Part shown: piece by piece, positions 16,039 to 20,430 of the stretch
How positions within the stretch are numbered: position 1 is the first letter of the stretch
Layout of the letters: every line of letters starts with the position of its first letter
NCBI GenBank assembly: GCA_039680575.1
Contig: JBDKSP010000115.1
Span: 1 to 20,430, forward strand
Direction: 5' to 3'
From: Armatimonadota bacterium
Lineage (GTDB): Bacteria; Armatimonadota; UBA5829; DTLH01
DNA: 20,430 nt
Program-made: the position numbers and the translations under genes
The notes under the pieces: generated by a model
The model's input: the letters and a program-made list of their open reading frames with translations, nothing else
What the model was told of the DNA's origin: nothing
Databases searched by the model: none

Positions 16039-17994
16039 TTGAAAATATTTCTGCCGCGCTTCTCGCTCACCACTAAAGTGTTTTTAATATGTTCATCGCT
16101 TGCTCTTATTGTAACAGTCAGCGGAAGCATTGTTCTGTATCGCGAGGCGTGTTATTCGCTTCGCCAGGAAGTGCGTTCAAAGCTGATGGGGATAGCTGCC
16201 ACTGCCGCGCTGCAAATCGATCCTGAACTCCATAAAAAGATAAAAACGAACAAAGATGCCTCCACTCCTGACTATAAGAAGATGCGAGACACATTAATTG
16301 CGATCCGTAATTCGAATCCGGACATCAAATATGTCTACACCATGCGCAAGACCAATAAGAAAAACGCGCTTCAATTCATAGTTGATATTCCGGACGCCAA
16401 TGATTCAAAGTACGATACCCATGTGGGTGAAGAGTATAATATAACCGGCTGCACCGAGATGGTGAAGGGATTCGATGGTCCTGCCGCGGACAAGGAACCG
16501 GTCAGCGACAAATGGGGCAGATTACTTTCCGGCTACGCGCCTATAAGAGATAAAAACGGTAAAGTAGATGGAATTCTTGCGATAGATATGGCGCTGCCGC
16601 AGCTGAAAGTCGAAGAAAGAGCGTTATGGATTGCAGCTGTCAAAACGATACTGGTGGCGCTGCTGCTGTCCGTTCTGCTTAGTTGGATTATAACCAGGGG
16701 TACTTTGAGGAAGGTTCGGATATTTACCAAGGCAGCTCAAAGAATCAAAAATGGCGATCTGGACTTCCGATTGCAGGTCAAATCCTCCGATGAGGTCGGC
16801 CAGTTCACAGAAGCTTTCAACCATATGATGACCGGATTGCAGCAGACTGTAAAGGACTTTCTTACGGGGTTGTTCAACCACAGATACTTCCAGGAACGAC
16901 TTACCACTGAGTTGGTGCGCGCAGAGCGTTATAACCATAACCTCTGCCTGCTGATTTTCGATCTGGACAGGTTCAAATCAATAAACGATACGTTGGGGCA
17001 TCCAGCCGGAGACAGTATCCTCAAGCAGTTGTCTGAGGTCGTCAAGGACAGCATCAGGAGCATCGATGTAGCGGCAAGATACGGCGGGGATGAGTTCGCG
17101 ATCATTCTGCCGGAAACCGATCTGGAAAGCGGTAGGGATGTAGCTGAACGGCTTCGCCGGGCAGTCGAAGAAACAGAATTTCATGTACCTGCAGGAGAGT
17201 CCGTTTCCGATGCCGGTCATAAAACGATCAATGCTACGATTACAATCGGGCTTGCGGTATTCCCGGACCACCATCGAACACGCGAGGGGCTGATAATGGC
17301 AGCGGACATCGCTTTATGCCGTGCCAAGCATGTTTCCCGCAACAGCACTTGTGCTTATGACCCGGAGGTCTGTGGAAATGATCAGGTAGACCCGCATGAC
17401 CTTTACCAGATGCTCAGCGATCCGGACAGTGCCACGATACAGTCGCTTTCGGCTGCGGTGGACGCGAGAGATAAGTATACCTGCGGGCATTCCGAGCGTG
17501 TTACGAACTATGCCGTAAAGATCGGTGAGGCTATCGGTGTCGAAGAGAATGTGATCGCTGGGTTAAGGGTGGCCGGACAACTGCACGATATAGGAAAAAT
17601 AGGCGTACCGGATGCGGTTTTGAGCAAACCCGGCAGTCTGACGAATGAAGAACGCGAGGTTGTACAGTCGCACCCTTCTATCGGAGAAAAGATCCTGCGG
17701 CGAGCGCCGCATATCGATCTGATCATCCCTGCGGTGCTTTTCCATCACGAACGGTGGGATGGGGCAGGTTATCCTGATGGCCTGTCCGGTGAGTCGATAC
17801 CTATTATGGCACGTATAATTGCGATTGCTGATGCTTTCGATGCCATGACAACCGACCGGCCATACCGAAAAGCGCTGTCAGTCCAGCATGCATTGCTTGA
17901 GCTCAGAGCCAACGCAGGCAAACAGTTCGACCCGGCTTTAGTCGAGCTCTTTATAAACGCGATATCCTCTGACGCACAAATCGATGCAGCATAA
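16039..17994 (+). CDS. Membrane-bound diguanylate cyclase/HD-GYP phosphodiesterase (TM, Cache-like, TM, HAMP, GGDEF, HD-GYP)
   Basis: Two hydrophobic segments; DKWG..LSGYAPI.D..G...GILAID sensor motif; HAMP (DEVGQF..AFNHM); DFLTGLFNH, DLDRFK.INDT.GH, RSID I-site, GGDEF; TCGHSERV, LHDIGK, HHERWDGAGYPDGL, DAFDAMTTDRPYR. TTG start after GGGGTG. Confidence 0.95.
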   Translation: MKIFLPRFSLTTKVFLICSSLALIVTVSGSIVLYREACYSLRQEVRSKLMGIAATAALQIDPELHKKIKTNKDASTPDYKKMRDTLIAIRNSNPDIKYVYTMRKTNKKNALQFIVDIPDANDSKYDTHVGEEYNITGCTEMVKGFDGPAADKEPVSDKWGRLLSGYAPIRDKNGKVDGILAIDMALPQLKVEERALWIAAVKTILVALLLSVLLSWIITRGTLRKVRIFTKAAQRIKNGDLDFRLQVKSSDEVGQFTEAFNHMMTGLQQTVKDFLTGLFNHRYFQERLTTELVRAERYNHNLCLLIFDLDRFKSINDTLGHPAGDSILKQLSEVVKDSIRSIDVAARYGGDEFAIILPETDLESGRDVAERLRRAVEETEFHVPAGESVSDAGHKTINATITIGLAVFPDHHRTREGLIMAADIALCRAKHVSRNSTCAYDPEVCGNDQVDPHDLYQMLSDPDSATIQSLSAAVDARDKYTCGHSERVTNYAVKIGEAIGVEENVIAGLRVAGQLHDIGKIGVPDAVLSKPGSLTNEEREVVQSHPSIGEKILRRAPHIDLIIPAVLFHHERWDGAGYPDGLSGESIPIMARIIAIADAFDAMTTDRPYRKALSVQHALLELRANAGKQFDPALVELFINAISSDAQIDAA

Positions 17995-18002
17995 TCAACA
18001 TT

Positions 18003-18027
18003 AGGACGGGGTTCCAAGCCCCGTCCT
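18003..18027. repeat. REP-like/terminator hairpin with TTCCAAG loop
   Basis: AGGACGGGG-ttccaag-CCCCGTCCT; shares GGGGTTCCAAGCCCCG with the hairpin at 3119-3146. Confidence 0.7.
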
Positions 18028-18120
18028 TTGGATTTTGACACTTTATACAATAAAAAGGGTTGGTTTTGAAGGCCGCCATTGTATTGTTGTTTCGGGACAC
18101 CCTTGTCCCGAAACCAGACT
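18025..18120. repeat. Dispersed ~96-bp element, copy 1
   Basis: 18025-18068 matches 20281-20324 at 36/44 ungapped; GGGTTGGTTTTG (18057-18068) has a degenerate inverted partner CGAAACCAGACT (18109-18120). Confidence 0.7.
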
Positions 18121-18182
18121 TTCCGTGCACAAGAAGAGTATGTCGATAAAGGACTCTTCCATGCTGATAGCTTTTCTGTCCA

Positions 18183-20012
18183 CTACTCCACTGTCACGCT
18201 CTTTGCCAGGTTTCTGGGCTGGTCTATATCGTGTCCACGGAACTTGGCAACATAGTAAGCCAGAAGCTGGAGCGGAATAGCGTTTAGGATCGGTGAAAAC
18301 ACCTCGTCCGTCTCAGGTACCCGAATCACATAATCAGCGAACTTCTCTATCTCCGTATCGTGCTTCCCGGCAATAGCGATGATCTCCCCGGCGCGCGCTT
18401 TCACTTCCTGTATATTGGATAAAACCTTGTCATATGTCTTTCCGGGGGTAGCAATAGCGACAGTCGCCATGGAAGGGTCGATCATGGCAATCGGGCCGTG
18501 CTTCATCTCGCCAGCCGCGTAACCTTCTGCGTGTATATAGGCGATTTCTTTGATCTTAAGCGCGCCTTCCAGGGCTGATGCCAGGTTGAACCCACGCCCC
18601 ATATAGAGAAAACCGGCATAATTGTGATAACGCTCGGCAATATCGACAATATTACCAATATCCGATAGATAATGGTCGGCCTGCTCAGGAATCGCCCAAA
18701 GTTTCGCGCGAAGCTCCGCGCTCCGCTCTTTCGAGATAGTACCGCGTATACGGCCGAAGTAAAGTGTGATGAGCGCAAGGGTCATAAGCTGCGTGGTATA
18801 TGCTTTCGTTGATGCGACAGCTATCTCCGGTCCGGCCTGGGTGTAGAGAACGCTTTCGGCGCCTCTGGCAACGGAACTCCCGACTACATTCGTAATCGCA
18901 AGGACTTTCGCACCATGCTCTTTTGCCTCTCTCATCCCCGCAAGCGTGTCCGCAGTCTCACCAGACTGGCTTATGACGACAGCCAGCGTACGTTCATCAA
19001 TAATCGGCTCGCGGTAGCGGAGTTCCGAAGCCACATCGAGCTCGACCGGAATCCTGACCAGGCTTTCGATCATATACTTACCTGCCATCGCAGCGTGATA
19101 GGCTGTGCCGCAGGCGACCATCACGATCTTGTCTATGTTCTTGATCTCATCTTCCGTGAGACCTAAATCGTCGATTATTACGTCGGAGTCTTCCGAGGAA
19201 AGCCTGCCGCGCATAGTCTCCCTAAGCGCTGTCGGCTGCTCGTGGATCTCCTTCAGCATAAAGTGTTCATAACCGCCGCGTTCGGCCATTGCAGCGTCCC
19301 AGGTGATCTGGAAGACATTGTTTACCGTGGGTTTGCCATCCAGCGTGAGGAATTTAGTCGAAGAACGGTTGACAACCGCTATAGTGTCGTCATCTAGGAA
19401 ATGGACATCCTTTGTATACTGCATAAACGCCGGGACATCAGATGCGATAAAGTTTTCTCCTGACCCGATTCCCACAACAAGCGGGCTGTGACGCCGGGCA
19501 GCGACGATTACATCCGGCTGATTGCCGCAGAGCGCCGCTATGGCAAACGATCCCTCGAGCTGCAGGGCAGCACGGCGGACAGACTCGACAATGTCTCCCT
19601 CGCCCATCTCTTCGATAAGGTGAGCGATGACTTCCGTATCCGTTTCCGATGCGAACTCATGGCCGCGTGCGATCAACTGGTCTTTGAGCGCAGCGTAGTT
19701 TTCGATAATCCCGTTATGGACCACAACGATACTGCCGGTGCAGTCACTGTGAGGGTGTGCATTTTCATCAGAAGGCCTGCCGTGGGTTGCCCAGCGGGTA
19801 TGGCCGATTCCGAGGACACCGGCCGGCGAGCCGGTTTGAAGAACATTTTCAAGCATGCTGAGCTTTCCGACTGCTTTACGAACGGCGATCTCCTTTCCGG
19901 AGATAATAGCAACCCCCGCGCTGTCGTAACCACGGTATTCGAGCTTTCTTAGTCCTTCTATCAAAAGAGGGCAGGCTTCACGTTCGCCAATGTAGCCGAC
20001 TATTCCGCACAT
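18183..20012 (-). CDS. glmS: Glutamine--fructose-6-phosphate aminotransferase
   Basis: MCGIVG catalytic Cys, LEYRGYDSAG, GHTRWATHG, HNGIIEN, SQSGET, EGALKIKE, C-terminal PRNLAKSVTVE. Confidence 0.99.
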   Translation of the reverse strand: MCGIVGYIGEREACPLLIEGLRKLEYRGYDSAGVAIISGKEIAVRKAVGKLSMLENVLQTGSPAGVLGIGHTRWATHGRPSDENAHPHSDCTGSIVVVHNGIIENYAALKDQLIARGHEFASETDTEVIAHLIEEMGEGDIVESVRRAALQLEGSFAIAALCGNQPDVIVAARRHSPLVVGIGSGENFIASDVPAFMQYTKDVHFLDDDTIAVVNRSSTKFLTLDGKPTVNNVFQITWDAAMAERGGYEHFMLKEIHEQPTALRETMRGRLSSEDSDVIIDDLGLTEDEIKNIDKIVMVACGTAYHAAMAGKYMIESLVRIPVELDVASELRYREPIIDERTLAVVISQSGETADTLAGMREAKEHGAKVLAITNVVGSSVARGAESVLYTQAGPEIAVASTKAYTTQLMTLALITLYFGRIRGTISKERSAELRAKLWAIPEQADHYLSDIGNIVDIAERYHNYAGFLYMGRGFNLASALEGALKIKEIAYIHAEGYAAGEMKHGPIAMIDPSMATVAIATPGKTYDKVLSNIQEVKARAGEIIAIAGKHDTEIEKFADYVIRVPETDEVFSPILNAIPLQLLAYYVAKFRGHDIDQPRNLAKSVTVE

Positions 20013-20114
20013 ATTCTGATACCATCCTTAAGATTGCCGCCTATCCAGACGTTGATGATCTATTGTAAAACATTGGCTGCTAATGAAGCAAACTTGAGAT
20101 AAACTGAGGGTGCA

Positions 20115-20225
20115 TCATTGTATGGCTGCCGGATTATCAGGCTGAGTCATACGAATATAACCTACTACTGCAGCACCTGCTATAACTGCCATGGCTACAA
20201 TAATAAGTAGTCTTTTTGTAGTCAT
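20115..20225 (-). CDS. Small membrane/secreted peptide (36 aa) or truncated gene
   Basis: Hand-translated MTTKRLLIIVAMAVIAGAAVVGYIRMTQPDNPAAIQ*; AAGGA SD 5 nt before the ATG; basic N-terminus plus a ~19-aa hydrophobic stretch; below the ORF-track length cutoff. Confidence 0.55.
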   Translation of the reverse strand: MTTKRLLIIVAMAVIAGAAVVGYIRMTQPDNPAAIQ

Positions 20226-20280
20226 CTATATCCTTCTTTCTTTGCAACCTAAATCTCCAATCAGAACAAGGCATTATTTG

Positions 20281-20377
20281 CCTCTGGACTTTGGCACTTT
20301 TTCAATAAAAAAGGGTTGGTTTTGGTTCTGCTAGCGGCTTTGCAGCCGTATAACAGTTGTGAAAACAAAACTAACCC
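20281..20377. repeat. Dispersed ~97-bp element, copy 2 (terminator-like on the minus strand)
   Basis: GGGTTGGTTTTG (20313-20324) and CAAAACTAACCC (20366-20377) are 11/12 inverted; the minus strand continues TTTTTTATTG; internal CGGCT-ttgc-AGCCG hairpin. Confidence 0.7.
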
Positions 20378-20430
20378 ATTTTAATAATACCGATTCATCA
20401 CTCAAAAGATTCCCTCTGCTTTATGCTTTT

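Noticed and set aside
20115..20117. Selenocysteine read-through of the small ORF's TGA
   Set aside because: No redox motif context or evident SECIS hairpin, and the downstream frame looks non-coding.
20013..20430. glmS ribozyme
   Set aside because: Minus-strand AGTGCCAAAGTCCAGAGG only superficially resembles AGCGCC..GACGAGG; the P1/P2 architecture is absent and the segment belongs to the dispersed repeat also found at 18025.

Overview
A 20.4-kb bacterial chromosomal window, mostly + strand, with GC-rich genes and AT-richer, hairpin-rich intergenic spacers. Gene content and protein style suggest a Terrabacteria lineage, possibly Armatimonadota, but this is a low-confidence inference. Gene order: rpoZ (long acidic tail), dnaJ-prmA, rsmE-Ycf45/SpoIIIAA-like ATPase(R3H)-tmk, tRNA-Gly(UCC), a minus-strand partner-switching trio (PAS-PAS-PP2C phosphatase, STAS, RsbW-like kinase) with no sigma factor, an acidic hypothetical plus nfo, USP-TrkA(N only)-TrkA with no membrane transporter, a clostripain-family lipoprotein, a degenerate STAS protein, a GH20 hexosaminidase, a membrane HAMP-GGDEF-HD-GYP protein, glmS (minus), and an unannotated 36-aa membrane ORF upstream of glmS. 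No transposase, integrase, CRISPR array or rRNA was seen. Most notable: (1) the clostripain-like lipoprotein has Ser (TCG) at the catalytic Cys position while keeping the catalytic His; (2) several distinct families of small intergenic repeats, namely oriented CTGANNG heptamer arrays, hairpins sharing an HTCCAWG loop, a ~96-bp element duplicated on both sides of glmS, and an RS3-like palindrome with a 21-bp tandem duplication; (3) orphan signalling modules.
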